Below are positions 22,647-34,431 of a stretch of DNA of 64,000 nucleotides, one piece after another. A program made the translations under genes and the position numbers. How positions within the stretch are numbered: position 1 is the first letter of the stretch; every line of letters starts with the position of its first letter. The DNA comes from an uncultured Planctomycetota bacterium. Lineage in GTDB: Bacteria > Planctomycetota > Planctomycetia > Isosphaerales > Isosphaeraceae. Under the pieces are notes generated by a model that searched no databases, was not told the origin of the DNA, and saw nothing but the letters and a program-made list of their open reading frames with translations. The DNA is taken from contig CAWGMQ010000005.1 in the NCBI GenBank assembly GCA_963823665.1, forward strand, positions 704,001-768,000, read 5' to 3'.

Positions 22647-24107
22647 ATGACTCAAAGCGCGATCGCCGAGGATGCACGCGGGGAGACCGGCACCCGGGTC
22701 GATCCGGGCGAGGTCACGAGCGGCGCTTTGCCCCTGCGGGACGGCGGGAGCCGGGAGCTGCTGGCGCTCGCTCTGCCGCTGGTCGTCAGCCAGAGCTTCA
22801 TGACGGTGCAAGTGTTCCTGGACACGATCCTGCTTTCCTGGCACGACCAGAGGGAGATGGCCGCGTCGTTCCCGGCCATCATGTGGTACTGGCTGCCGTT
22901 CGGGCTCCTGCAAGTCACTGCCGGCTATGTCTCGACTTTCGTTGCACAGTACACCGGCGCCGGACGTCCGGAACGGGTTGGCCCGGCGGTCTGGCAAGGG
23001 ATTCACTTCGCCGTCATGGCCGGGCTGCTCTTTCTGCTGATGGTTCCCGCGGCGCCGTACTTGATTGCGCTTGCCGGGCATTCCGCGGCCTTGCAAGTCC
23101 TGGAAGTCACCTATCTGCGATGCCTTTGTTTCGCGGCGCTGCCGATGATGGTGATGGCCGCGGTGAACGGGTTTTTCTCCGGCCGCGGGCAAACGTGGAC
23201 GGTGCTGGGGATCGAAGCCGCCGGGACCGGCGTTAACGTGGCGCTGGCGCTGGTGCTGGTCTTTGGCCGAGCAGGCTTCCCGGAGCTGGGTATTGCGGGG
23301 GCGGGATGGGCCACGGTCGTCGGGTCATGGACTTCGGCTCTGGTCGCGCTCGCACTTTTGCTGAAGCGCAGGTACCGCAAGGAATTCAACACACTCAAGG
23401 GCTGGCGTCTCGAAAGAGCACTGTTTGGCCGATTGCTCAAATACGGCGGCCCGGCCGGTGCGCAGGTTTTCCTCGAGGTGCTGGTGTTCCACGTGTTCTT
23501 TCAGCTCGTGGGCAGGCTCGGAGAAGCTCAAACGGCGGCCACCACGCTTACGGTACGTCTGAACATGGTGGCGTTTCTGCCCATGATGGGATTGGGGCAG
23601 GCGGTGTCGATCCTTGTCGGTCAACGGCTCGGCGGCGACCGGCCGGACCTGGCCGAACGGTCAGCATACACGGGCCTCAAGTGGGTTTTTGGTTATATGT
23701 GCACCGTCGCGGCGATCTACATTCTGTTTCCGCAAGCGCTGGTTTCGACGTTTCGCGGGAGCAATGACCTCGAGCGGTTCGCCGAGATGGCGGCGATCGT
23801 GCCCAGATTGTTGTTGTGCGTGGCCGTATACTCGGTGGTGGATTCGATCAACGTCACGTTTTCCTTTGCTTTGCGGGGCGCGGGCGACACGCGGTTCGTG
23901 TCGATGCTCACGTTCGTGCTGGCGTGGCCGATCATGGTGGTGCCGACGTATGTCCTCGTCCAGCGCGGCGGCAGCATCTACTGGGCGTGGGGGTTTGTGA
24001 CTGCTTATATCTTCGCGATGTCCGTCTGTTTCTATTTACGGTTCCGGTCAGGACGGTGGAAGACGATGCGCGTCATCGAGACGGCGCCGGCATTGCTCGC
24101 CGGCTAG
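22647..24107 (+). CDS. MATE family efflux transporter
   Basis: ELLALALPL, VAQYTGAG, LGIAGAGWAT, VGQRLG and LRGAGDTR motifs; about 12 TM. Confidence 0.92.
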   Translation: MTQSAIAEDARGETGTRVDPGEVTSGALPLRDGGSRELLALALPLVVSQSFMTVQVFLDTILLSWHDQREMAASFPAIMWYWLPFGLLQVTAGYVSTFVAQYTGAGRPERVGPAVWQGIHFAVMAGLLFLLMVPAAPYLIALAGHSAALQVLEVTYLRCLCFAALPMMVMAAVNGFFSGRGQTWTVLGIEAAGTGVNVALALVLVFGRAGFPELGIAGAGWATVVGSWTSALVALALLLKRRYRKEFNTLKGWRLERALFGRLLKYGGPAGAQVFLEVLVFHVFFQLVGRLGEAQTAATTLTVRLNMVAFLPMMGLGQAVSILVGQRLGGDRPDLAERSAYTGLKWVFGYMCTVAAIYILFPQALVSTFRGSNDLERFAEMAAIVPRLLLCVAVYSVVDSINVTFSFALRGAGDTRFVSMLTFVLAWPIMVVPTYVLVQRGGSIYWAWGFVTAYIFAMSVCFYLRFRSGRWKTMRVIETAPALLAG

Positions 24108-24229
24108 TCGGCTTATGTCAAGCGGGCCGGACGGTTCTGGATAAGAACGTGCCGGTCGCCGACAATGGTCATCGCGGCAGAGGCTGCTCGTGTTGCGCAG
24201 GTATGCCTCGCGCGGGGAGACTTGGTGAG

Positions 24230-25042
<813 letters not shown>

Positions 25043-25090
25043 CGAGAGAGACGCCCGCCCTCAATCACACCCTAGCAAACGGATCGCCAG

Positions 25091-26581
25091 ATGAAGCTCA
25101 TTCGCACCGTGCTTACCTGCTTCGGCCTGATCTTGATCGGCGTTACCGGTGCGCTTTCGCAGGATGCGGCGAACAAGCCGGCCAAAGTCGAAGCGGGGGT
25201 CGCGACTGGTCCATTCCTCGTCAAGCCTTACCTGCAGATTGGCCACGCACCGGCGGCGCGGCAGGTCGTGCTCGTCTGGCAGACAAACGACACAAACAAC
25301 GCCTGGACTGTCGAATATCGGCCCGGGGCCGGTAGCCGATGGCGGCCAGCACCCACACCGTCGTCCACCCGTGTGGCGGTTCCGGGCATTGAGCCGCACC
25401 GGATTTATCAGGCGGCTCTGTCCGGTTTGGAGCCGGGCCAGGTCTTCGCCTACCGCGTGAGCGATGGTGGAAAAGCCGTCTTCGAGTCCGAGGCCCGCGC
25501 GCCGAAATCGGCCGATCAGTCGTACCGGTTTGTGGTCTTCGGCGATTGCGGCGCCGATACGCCCGAAGAGCGGGCGATCGCGTTTCGCACCTTCCGCGCC
25601 AAGCCTGATTTCGTGATGATCACCGGCGACATCGTCTATGGACGTGGGCTGGTTTCCGAGTACCGCACCAAGTACTGGCCGATCTACAACGCGGAGGAAG
25701 CCACGCCTGAAAAGGGCGCGCCCTTGCTGCGTTCGACGCTGTTTCTGGCTGCGCCCGGCAACCACGACATTGCTTCCCGCGACCTGGGCAGAAACCCGGA
25801 CGGCCTCGCGTACTTTTACTACTGGCTCCAGCCGCTCAATGGCCCGATTGGCAAGGTGGGAGGCCCGATCACCGCGGCATTGCGCGGAAGCGAGACCCAC
25901 ATCAAAGCGTTCACTGACGCCGCCGGGAAGGCGTTCCCGCGAATGGCCAATTTCTCATTCGAGTACGGTAACGGTCACTGGACGGTTCTGGACGCGAATG
26001 CCACGGTTGACTGGACGAATCACGAGTTACAGGATTGGGTCACCGCCGATCTGGCAGCGGCCAAAGGCGCGACCTGGCGCTTCGTCAGCTTCCACCAGCC
26101 CGGCTTCAATTCATCGAAATCTCACTTCGACGAACAGTACATGCGAGTTCTCGCTCCTGTTTTCGAGGCAGGTCATGTCGACATCGTGTTCAACGGACAC
26201 GTCCACAACTACCAGCGATCGTACCCGCTCCGATTCGTGCCGGACTCAATGAATCAAGCCGCTCCGCCCATGCCGACGGCAAAGGCCGATGGCAGATCGA
26301 CGAAACGGCACGTCGACGGGAAGTTCACGCTCGACAAGAAATTCGACGGAAACATCGACACCACTCCGGACGGAGTGATCTACCTGGTCACCGGCGCAGG
26401 GGGCCAGCGCCTTTACAACCCCGAGCAACAGGACGACCCCGCATCGTGGCAAGCCTTCACGTACAAGCACATCTCCAAGGTACACTCACTCACCGTCGTC
26501 GACGTGGAAGGCCGGACGCTCACCGTGCGCCAGGTCACGGCCGAGGGTGATGAGGTTGACCGCTTCATGATCAAGAAATGA
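25091..26581 (+). CDS. Purple acid phosphatase-like metallophosphoesterase
   Basis: FGDCG, TGDIVY, PGNHD, FHQP and NGHVHNYQR motifs after a signal peptide and an FN3-like N-domain. Confidence 0.9.
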   Translation: MKLIRTVLTCFGLILIGVTGALSQDAANKPAKVEAGVATGPFLVKPYLQIGHAPAARQVVLVWQTNDTNNAWTVEYRPGAGSRWRPAPTPSSTRVAVPGIEPHRIYQAALSGLEPGQVFAYRVSDGGKAVFESEARAPKSADQSYRFVVFGDCGADTPEERAIAFRTFRAKPDFVMITGDIVYGRGLVSEYRTKYWPIYNAEEATPEKGAPLLRSTLFLAAPGNHDIASRDLGRNPDGLAYFYYWLQPLNGPIGKVGGPITAALRGSETHIKAFTDAAGKAFPRMANFSFEYGNGHWTVLDANATVDWTNHELQDWVTADLAAAKGATWRFVSFHQPGFNSSKSHFDEQYMRVLAPVFEAGHVDIVFNGHVHNYQRSYPLRFVPDSMNQAAPPMPTAKADGRSTKRHVDGKFTLDKKFDGNIDTTPDGVIYLVTGAGGQRLYNPEQQDDPASWQAFTYKHISKVHSLTVVDVEGRTLTVRQVTAEGDEVDRFMIKK

Positions 26582-26582
26582 A

Positions 26583-27326
26583 TCATTTCGGCTCGGCGAA
26601 CGTGTCGGGCTCGACTTTTTCCAGGGCCTTGAACTCGGTGATTTCCATTTCCGTGGTCAACTCGCCGTCGCGTTTGACGTCGTTCCTGGTCGCCTTCTTG
26701 ATTCCCCCCATGTCTTTATAGTCGAGGAAGGTCGATTCCACGGTGAATTCCTGTCCGCTGGGGCTGGTCATCCTTGCGACCTCCTTGACGGGGAGGCCGC
26801 TTTCCTTGTCGAACGAGAGCGTGAAGTCCTTGCCGTCGGGCGCAGTGACCTTGAGGATAACGGCCGGTTTATCGCCGATCTTCTCCTCGCCGGCTGCCTC
26901 GACCTTGAAGCCTTTTTCCTTGAGAGGCACAAGTGTGATCGGAATGATTTGCAAGTAGGCACTGCGTTTTTCGTTGGCGAGAGCATCGGCTTCGAGCTTG
27001 GCGATGCCGTTCCTGCCCTTCCGCCAGCCGTTGTCACCGTCAATGACGACGAGGCCGGTGAACTGAGGCAAGGAGAATTCGCGCCGAAAGTGGTCGAGAC
27101 CGCTCGCCGTCACCTGGCCCTCGATGTCGCGCTCCTCGGCACCAAAGTGCAGTTTGCCCTTGGTTTTCCAGGAGTGCATGCTGGCTTTCTTCAGCTTCTC
27201 TTCGCCGCCCAAAGCCTTGATGGCTTTGTCGAGGATGGTTTTCGCATCCTGGTCGTCGGCGCGGGCTGGGGTGACTGCTAGGACCATCAGGGCCGTCACG
27301 AGAACAATTGCTGAATAGCGATTCAT
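26583..27326 (-). CDS. Secreted hypothetical protein (LolA-like fold inferred), paralog 1
   Basis: Signal peptide ...ARADDQDAKTILDKAIKALGG. Highly similar to the neighbouring gene. Confidence 0.8.
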   Translation of the reverse strand: MNRYSAIVLVTALMVLAVTPARADDQDAKTILDKAIKALGGEEKLKKASMHSWKTKGKLHFGAEERDIEGQVTASGLDHFRREFSLPQFTGLVVIDGDNGWRKGRNGIAKLEADALANEKRSAYLQIIPITLVPLKEKGFKVEAAGEEKIGDKPAVILKVTAPDGKDFTLSFDKESGLPVKEVARMTSPSGQEFTVESTFLDYKDMGGIKKATRNDVKRDGELTTEMEITEFKALEKVEPDTFAEPK

Positions 27327-27495
27327 AGGATCACCTCTGTTTATACACAAACGATGAAACACCTGGCACGAAAAGCAAGGGCGTGCCGACGATCGGCTGG
27401 CCCGACGAACGGTTCCCGATGGCGAGCCCGACATGCATTGAATCGTTCCGCACGAAAGAATAGCGCTTTGGCTCGACCACCCGATTCAAGGGAAT

Positions 27496-28272
27496 TCATT
27501 TCGGCTCGGCGAAGGTCTCGGGGTCCACCTTATCCAGGACCTTGAACTCGGTGATCTCCATAACCAAAGACGGCTCGCCGTTGGTTTTCACCTCGATCCT
27601 GGTCGCCTTCCTGATCCCGCCCATGTCCTTGTAGTCGAGGAAGGTCGATTCAACGGAGTTTTCCCGTCCGGCGGGGCTGGTCATCGTGGCGACCTCCTTG
27701 ACGGGGAGGCCGCTTTCCTTGTCGAAAAAGAGTGTTGTGAAATCCTTGCCGTCGGGCGCCGTAACTTTGAGAATCACGGCCGGTTTATCGCCCACCTTTT
27801 CCTCGCCGGCGGCTTCCAGCTTGAAGCCCTTTTCCTTCAGTGGCATCAGGGTGATCGGGATGACTTGCCGGTAGAATGCTTGCTTCTCGCGGGCCAGCGC
27901 GGCCGCGTCGAGCTCGGTCAATCCGTAACTGCCCGTTCGCTTCGTGCCCGTTCGCCAGCCTTTGTCGCCGGCGATGACCAAGATGAGGCTGAGCTGGGGC
28001 AAATTGGACTCGCGGCGATTGAACTCGCGGCGAAAGTGATCGAGGCCGTTTGCCGTCACCTGGCACTCCTGTTCGGGCTGCTCGGCGCCGGCGTGCCGTT
28101 TAGCTTTGTATTTCCACGAATGCACGCCGGCTTTCGTGAGCTTCTCCTCGCCGCCCATGGCCTTGATGGCCTTGTCGAGGATGGCCTTCGCGTCCTGGTC
28201 GTCGGCTCTGGCTGGATTGGTTGCTGCGAAGAGAACGGCCGTCGCGAGCAGGGTACCCAGGTATCGGTTCAT
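27496..28272 (-). CDS. Secreted hypothetical protein, paralog 2
   Basis: Shares the blocks ARADDQDAK-ILDKAIKA-GGEEKL, GDKPAVILKVTAPDGKDF, FDKESGLPVKEVA and TFAEPK with paralog 1. Confidence 0.8.
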   Translation of the reverse strand: MNRYLGTLLATAVLFAATNPARADDQDAKAILDKAIKAMGGEEKLTKAGVHSWKYKAKRHAGAEQPEQECQVTANGLDHFRREFNRRESNLPQLSLILVIAGDKGWRTGTKRTGSYGLTELDAAALAREKQAFYRQVIPITLMPLKEKGFKLEAAGEEKVGDKPAVILKVTAPDGKDFTTLFFDKESGLPVKEVATMTSPAGRENSVESTFLDYKDMGGIRKATRIEVKTNGEPSLVMEITEFKVLDKVDPETFAEPK

Positions 28273-28404
28273 GAAATCACCTCAAGATCGTGGCACGGTT
28301 TGTAATGGCGAACCTTACGTGTGGCCCGGCTCTGCTTGCGGATGATCTACCGAGCACCATGATGTCGGGTTCCGGGCGCGAATGCCAGGGGGGCTTCGAT
28401 CCGC

Positions 28405-30255
28405 TCACGCCGCCTTGGCCGTCACGGTCTCCAGGATTTTCGTTTCGCGCGATTGGAGCAAGTTTCCGAGCCCATCGGAGCCGAAGTAGTAAATGACGAC
28501 CACGAGCGCGCATTCGAGCAAGGTGAGCAACAGGCAAATCGGCAGGCCTGAACCGATACCGGCGAAGCGCATGACCATCTCGGTGCCCAGCGGAATGAGC
28601 AAGAACCCTTGCGTGAGCGGAAAGACAATCATGAACGTGACCAGATGCAAGAGAACCGTGGTGAACTTCGGGTTCGACGGTTTGAGCGAGCCCGCGGCGA
28701 CGTACACCGGCGCGTAAATCGACAGCAAGTTCATCAGCAAGCAAAAGACAAGGAACATTGAAATCGATTGTGGGATCATTGCCAGGACGTGATCCCAGCT
28801 CATGGGAGAAAGCGATTGAAGGGCGATCAGGATGATCAGGGCCATTCCGAGGATCAGGGGGGCGAATGACAGGTTCTTGCCGATCAAGATGTCGCGTCGG
28901 CGCGCTGAAGACAGCACGAAGACGCGAAAGCCGTCGCGGTCGAAACCGAATTGATTGGACATCAACTGCACGACGCCCAAGAGCACGAAGCCCATGCCGC
29001 CGATGGCCACGAGCGGTCGAAACGGCTCGGCGATCCCGTTGCGTGTGCGCCAGAGCATACTGCCGAAGATGACGCACATGATGATGGGGGAAAGCAGCAT
29101 CATCTTGGCTTCGGGTGCGCGCAAGAGCGAGCGGAAACCCGCGAGTGCGACGGCCGCGACGGGCTCTGACAATCCGGGAAGACGCGCTTCGAGCAGGCCC
29201 GTCCGTGGCTTACTCCCTGGAGTCACTGCTGCTGCTTTTTTGGCCGGCGCCGGGCGGCCTTTGCGGCTCGTGGCGATGCCCTGGTACATTCCAATCGTCG
29301 TGCGATAAGCCCGGAACAAGCTGACTGATCCGATCACGGTCATGCCCAGGAGCCCGAGGAGCGACGGCAGGGCGCTGCCTTCGGCCGCGGTCATGACACC
29401 CAGCGGCAGCCAGCCAGGGGGCAGTACCATATTCACGAACCGTGCGGTGCGCTCGATCTGTTCGAGGCTTTCGCGGTTTGCCTGCTGGCCGACGCGTCGT
29501 TGGCGGTCGAAGATTTCCTGCTGGCGGCGCGCGAGCTCGTTTGCGTCGATTCGCCCTGCCTGCGCGTCGAGATTCAACTGTTGCATTTCCTGGGCGATGT
29601 CCGGGCCCTGGTGGCCGCGCCGCTGCATCCCCCAGGGCGCCAGAAAGTTCAGGAAGTTGGGCACCTGCACGATCAAGACGAAGGTCAGCGTCGCGATCAT
29701 GATCACCGTTCGCCGGCGGCGGGGGTTGCTCATGAGCGAGGCCAGCCAGCCCTGAAACTGATAGGTCAGGGCCGTCACCATCAGCAGGAAAGCGGCCAGC
29801 ATCGGGAGGACGAGCAACATCGAGAAGCCCTTCACGATGAGGAGGGCCAGCGCATAGGCGAGCATCACGGGCACGAACATGATCAAGCTGAGGCGCAACA
29901 GCGAGCTCACGTAGTTGATCAAGAACGCGCCGTTGGGTGATACCGGTAGATGCATGAACTTGGAGAGTGAGAGCGGGTCTGTCCGCTGCAGCTCGGTGAT
30001 GAGGCCGATCATCCAGAAGAACAGGAAGGCAACCACGATTGCATCCCAGGCATACATCAGGTGCGCGGGCTGCGCCTTGGGGATCGCATAGAGGCCCAGC
30101 GCGAAGGAGCCGATGAAAACGGGGATCGTCGCGAGCAGCGCTCCGACGAACACGATCGTCGTGAGCACGGCATTCAAGGCGCCGGCCTTGCGGTTCTGGT
30201 TGTAGAGCAGGCGCCACCGCAGCCAGATGAATGCCTTCAAGTGTTCCCAGTTCAC
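28405..30255 (-). CDS. ABC-2-type exporter permease
   Basis: Multi-TM protein with NQFGFDRDGF and RRDILIGKNL. Its GTG start overlaps the ATPase stop. Confidence 0.8.
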   Translation of the reverse strand: MNWEHLKAFIWLRWRLLYNQNRKAGALNAVLTTIVFVGALLATIPVFIGSFALGLYAIPKAQPAHLMYAWDAIVVAFLFFWMIGLITELQRTDPLSLSKFMHLPVSPNGAFLINYVSSLLRLSLIMFVPVMLAYALALLIVKGFSMLLVLPMLAAFLLMVTALTYQFQGWLASLMSNPRRRRTVIMIATLTFVLIVQVPNFLNFLAPWGMQRRGHQGPDIAQEMQQLNLDAQAGRIDANELARRQQEIFDRQRRVGQQANRESLEQIERTARFVNMVLPPGWLPLGVMTAAEGSALPSLLGLLGMTVIGSVSLFRAYRTTIGMYQGIATSRKGRPAPAKKAAAVTPGSKPRTGLLEARLPGLSEPVAAVALAGFRSLLRAPEAKMMLLSPIIMCVIFGSMLWRTRNGIAEPFRPLVAIGGMGFVLLGVVQLMSNQFGFDRDGFRVFVLSSARRRDILIGKNLSFAPLILGMALIILIALQSLSPMSWDHVLAMIPQSISMFLVFCLLMNLLSIYAPVYVAAGSLKPSNPKFTTVLLHLVTFMIVFPLTQGFLLIPLGTEMVMRFAGIGSGLPICLLLTLLECALVVVIYYFGSDGLGNLLQSRETKILETVTAKAA

Positions 30256-31022
30256 GACGCGGCCTCCTCGAGCCAGTTGAGCTTGCGGGCCGCGTCGGGG
30301 TCGGCACCCGCTTTCTCGAAGAACGAATCTTCGAGTGAGCCACCGCCGCGGATGGTTTCCAGCGAGGCCTGTTCGACCAACTGCCCCTTGACGATGATCC
30401 CGACGTGCGTGCACAACCGCTCGACGATTTCGAGGACGTGCGACGTGAGAAAGACGGTCGACCCGCGGTGGACAAACCCTGCGAGCAGGTCGCGAATCAC
30501 CCGCGAGGTGACGGCGTCGACTCCCTCGAACGGTTCGTCGAGGAAGAGTAGGTCGGGGTTGGGCAAGAGCGCAGCGGCCAGGGCCAGCTTCTTTTTCATG
30601 CCGTGTGAAAATTCGAGCGTGAGCTTCTTCTCGTCATCTTCAAGGTCGAGGAGCGAGAGCAGCTCATCGATACGGGTGCGGATTGTTTCGCGAGGCATCA
30701 GATGGATGCGGCCGACGAACGTGAGGTACTCGCGCGCGGTCAGGTTGTCGAAGAGGGCGAGGTCTTCGGGAATCACGCCCATCTTGCGCTTGGCCTCGAG
30801 CGACTCGCGGGGATCGAGCATGTTGCGGCCCAGGACGCGCATCTCCCCGCCGGAAGGCGCCAGGAGGCCGGTGAGCATCTTCATCGTCGTCGACTTACCT
30901 GCGCCGTTGGGCCCAAGGAACCCGTAGAACGTTCCGCGCTCGACGGCGAGCGCGACATCCTTCACGGCGCAGAAGTTGTCGAAGAACCGCGTCAAGTGGT
31001 GGGTTTCGATTGCCAGGGTCAT
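30252..31022 (-). CDS. ABC transporter ATP-binding protein
   Basis: GPNGAGKST Walker A, FSHGMKKK signature, LFLDEP Walker B and TSH. Confidence 0.95.
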   Translation of the reverse strand: MTLAIETHHLTRFFDNFCAVKDVALAVERGTFYGFLGPNGAGKSTTMKMLTGLLAPSGGEMRVLGRNMLDPRESLEAKRKMGVIPEDLALFDNLTAREYLTFVGRIHLMPRETIRTRIDELLSLLDLEDDEKKLTLEFSHGMKKKLALAAALLPNPDLLFLDEPFEGVDAVTSRVIRDLLAGFVHRGSTVFLTSHVLEIVERLCTHVGIIVKGQLVEQASLETIRGGGSLEDSFFEKAGADPDAARKLNWLEEAAS

Positions 31023-31038
31023 GAGAATCATCTCGGAA

Positions 31039-31073
31039 GTAGGAGCACACGGCACACGGAGTGTGCCTGCTAC
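31039..31073. repeat. REP-like short palindrome (GTAG...GGCACAC-GGA-GTGTGCC-TGCTAC)
   Basis: Perfect 7-bp stem at 31051-31067 with GTAG/CTAC ends, in an intergenic position. Confidence 0.55.
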
Positions 31074-31458
31074 AGAAGAGTGCCATCGGGAATGATGGCC
31101 CGTGCGATCAAGATAAAGAGATCATGGGCCGTCCTTCTTCGCCGCGGCTTCGCGCTTCAACTGAAACGAGTTCAGGAACGCCCGTTGGCTGCCACCCGAG
31201 AAGGGCTCGCTCGTCGGCCTGCTGGAGGAACGACAACAAGATACCAGCGAGAATATGTCGCATCGAGTTGATGGCCTGTGAGTCGCACGGCGGCGCTCGG
31301 GACTGATGTTCGAGAAATACGCCCGTATACAATAGAGTTTCTCTGTCCGCACTCGCGAGCACCAGGGATTCTATCATGAGCGGCCAAGGCAACGAAAGCA
31401 GCGCGAGTCGAAGCCGTTGTGACCGAGAACGCTGCACACTCACCAGGGAAAGGATGTC

Positions 31459-32214
31459 ATGGCTGCCTTCACGCCGACTCAGGGACGTTACCTGGCGTTC
31501 ATTCACGCGTACACGAATCTCCGGGGCTGCCCACCCGCTGAAGCCGAGATTGCCGCGGCGATGTGCGTCTCGCCGCCGTCGGTAAATCAGATGGTGAAGA
31601 TGCTGGAGAGGAAAGGGCTGATCCTGCGCCGGCCGGGAGAGGCACGATCACTCCAGGTGCTGATTCCGGAGGACGAGATTCCGGCGTGGAACAATCGCAA
31701 GGCGGCGGGAAGTCTGGCGCGGCCGCGCAACACACCTAGCCGACCGGCAGTACAACCGGCGGCGGCTCCGGCGAACTTGTACGTACTCTCCGTCTATTTG
31801 AAGGGTGGACCCATAAGCGAGAAGTTTGCCAGCAAAGTCATCAGCCGCGTGATCGAAATCCGCGGGGACCAGACGCTCGAACAACTTCATCAAGCCATCT
31901 TCAACGCGTATGACCGCTGGGACGAGCATCTGTACGAATTTCAGCTCGGCAAACGGCCGTTCGATCCGAAAGGGCCCAATTACGGAGTTGCCGGTGCAGA
32001 CGTGACGAAGAAAAAGTATGGGGACGCGAGCGCGACGAAGATCGATGACCTTGAATTGAAGCAGGATCGCGTGTTTGGATACTGGTTTGACTTCGGCGAC
32101 GACTGGTTTCATCACGTTCAAGTCGAGCGGATCGAACGAGCCATTCCGACGGTATCGTATCCGCGCGTCATCAAGCGGGTGGGCAAGTCTCCGCCGCAGT
32201 ATCGTGATAAGTGA
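31459..32214 (+). CDS. LexA-like winged-helix domain fused to a pRiA4b ORF-3-like domain
   Basis: N-terminus FTPTQGRYLAFI...PPAEAEIA...SPPSVNQMVKMLERKGLI. C-terminus TLEQLHQAI...WDEHLYEF...YWFDFGDDWFH...YPRVI...SPPQY. Confidence 0.8.
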   Translation: MAAFTPTQGRYLAFIHAYTNLRGCPPAEAEIAAAMCVSPPSVNQMVKMLERKGLILRRPGEARSLQVLIPEDEIPAWNNRKAAGSLARPRNTPSRPAVQPAAAPANLYVLSVYLKGGPISEKFASKVISRVIEIRGDQTLEQLHQAIFNAYDRWDEHLYEFQLGKRPFDPKGPNYGVAGADVTKKKYGDASATKIDDLELKQDRVFGYWFDFGDDWFHHVQVERIERAIPTVSYPRVIKRVGKSPPQYRDK

Positions 32215-32328
32215 AGGCGGGTGGAGGGAATGGTCCGCAACAGCGGACCCTACGGAATGCAGTTCCGAATAGTGACATCGCACCCGCTCTCGAAAGGGTC
32301 GAGAGCGGGTGCGCTTCGTGCGGGACGC

Positions 32329-34142
32329 TCAATTGTGGGGAGAGGTCAGGTTTTCAAGCTCCTGAAGCCGCTTCATTGCGGTTGCGGCCTTCAGGGTCTG
32401 GTAGTTGATTCCGGAGGCATTCAGGCTGCTGCCCTCCTGGAATGGGAATTGCGGGATTGTCAGGAGGAATTCCTTGATCTGCTCCTGTACGGGTACGAAC
32501 AGCCACAGATTATCTGCGTACCAGCGCATGTACATTTGGGAATCGAGGACGGCGCGTTCATAGGGGTCGGCCCGGAGGTGAACGATCGCGGGCCAGCCGG
32601 GAACGGATCGGACGCCGGTGGCAATGTTGCCCGTTTGAACGGCGAAATGGACTTTCCAGTCGTTCCAGCGGACGGCGTTCAGCTCGCCGCCCTGGCCGAA
32701 ATAGTGGATCGTGTCGCGCGGGGATTTCTTGACCTCACCCTTGAAGAACGGAAGGAAGTTGAATCCGTCGGCATGGATCTTGAAGGTCTTGCCGCCGACC
32801 GCATAGCCCTGCTTGAGCTTCTCGACTATTTCGGGCTCACCGCCCGCGGCCAGGAAAGTGGGCATCCAGTCTTCCTGTGACATGATCTCGTTGATGATCG
32901 TGCCGGGTTTGATCACGCCGGGCCAGCGCACCAGGCAGGGGACGCGAAACCCGCCCTCCCATGTGGTGCCTTTCTCGCCGTGGAAGGGAGTGGTGCCGCC
33001 ATCGGGCCAGCTCGCGACTTCGGCGCCGTTGTCGGTGCCGTAGATCACGATGGTATTCTCCGTTAACTTCAAGTCGTCGATCTTTTTGAGCAGGTCGCCG
33101 ACCATGTCGTCGTGCTCGACCATGCCGTCGGGATAGAGGCCGATGCCGGTTCGTCCGTTGGACTCCTTCTTCAAGTGAGTCCAGACGTGCATGCGGGTGG
33201 AATTGAACCAGAGGAAGAACGGCTTGTCGTCCTTGGCGTTGCGATCGATGAAATCGGTGGCGTGCTGAAAGATTTCCTGGTCGATCGTGGGCATGCGGCT
33301 GCTGGAGAGCGGGCCGGTGTCGACGATCTTCTGCTTGCCGACCTTGCCCCATTTGGGGTCGACCGTCTGGTCATCGACGTCGGTGGCCGTGCAGTGCAGC
33401 ACGCCGCGCGGTCCATACTTTTTCTTGAATTCCGGGTCTTTGGGGTAGTAATAGCCTTCGGGCTCCTCCTCGGCGTTCAAGTGGTAGAGGTTGCCGAAGA
33501 ACTCGTCGAATCCGTGCACCGTGGGCAGATGCTTGTTGTTATCACCAAGGTGATTCTTACCGAACTGGCCGGTGGCGTAGCCCTGCTGTTTCAACAGGTC
33601 GGCGATCGTGGGCGTCCAGTCCGGGATGCCGTGGGGCGAGCCGGGCATACCGATCGTGAGCAGGCCGGTACGGAAGGGATGCTGGCCCAGAATGAAGGAG
33701 GCGCGGCCGGCGGTGCAACTTTGCTGGGCGTAGAAATCCGTGAACATCGCGCCCTCTTTGCCCAGGCGGTCGATGTTGGGCGTCTTGTAGCCCATGATGC
33801 CGTGGTTATAGGCGCTGATGTTGTGAATGCCGACGTCATCACCCCAGATGACCACGATGTTCGGCTTCTTCCCGGTCTGGGTTGGCGTCTGGATGGGTGT
33901 TCTTGTTTGCAAGTCTCCCTGCTCGAGCGATGCGGTTCTGGCAACACCCAGATCACAGCCTGCGGGCGGCAGAGCGCCGGGTCGGTCAGCACCTTTGTTT
34001 CCAATGAGTGCTGCGGTGCCGCCGGCGCGGGCGCATCGGCCCGCGATGAGGGAAGTAAATCGCGTGTAGCGGAGACGATGCCGATCAACACGCCCAGCGC
34101 CACGCACGCCAGCGATTGAATCCTACCGATAGTCATGTCCAT
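32329..34142 (-). CDS. Arylsulfatase (FGly-dependent), N-terminal frameshift near 33965
   Basis: KPNIVVIWGDDVG, SCTAGRAS active-site motif, GKNHLG, TDNG and KGTTWEGGFRVP. The signal peptide lies in ORF 33591-34142. Confidence 0.92.
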
Positions 34143-34431
34143 AGAGCTCCTCGAGGTGTCGGAAAAACGCAGATGGATTGTCTCTTCAGCTTCGCGCAGG
34201 CTCGTGAACGGGCGCCCGGCTCAACTTGAGCAGCGGCGGAAATCGTTGTTCACTATCTATCTCGCGAAGAAATGCCAAGTTCGCACTCAAGCGATGACAG
34301 GGTTCGCACGGCCACGGTGACGCGGAAAGGGGGCTGAGTCAAGCCTGAGCCGCCGGGCGGGCTGATTTTCATCGGCAAACCGCCTATCACCGCGTTCGGC
34401 AACTTCGGCGGATGGTCCGCAAAAGCGGACC

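Noticed and set aside
27364..27390. Possible sigma-54 promoter (CGGCACGCCCTTGC on the minus strand)
   Set aside because: GG-to-GC spacing is one base short of the -24/-12 consensus. It is better seen as a small GGCACG/CGTGCC inverted repeat of unknown meaning.
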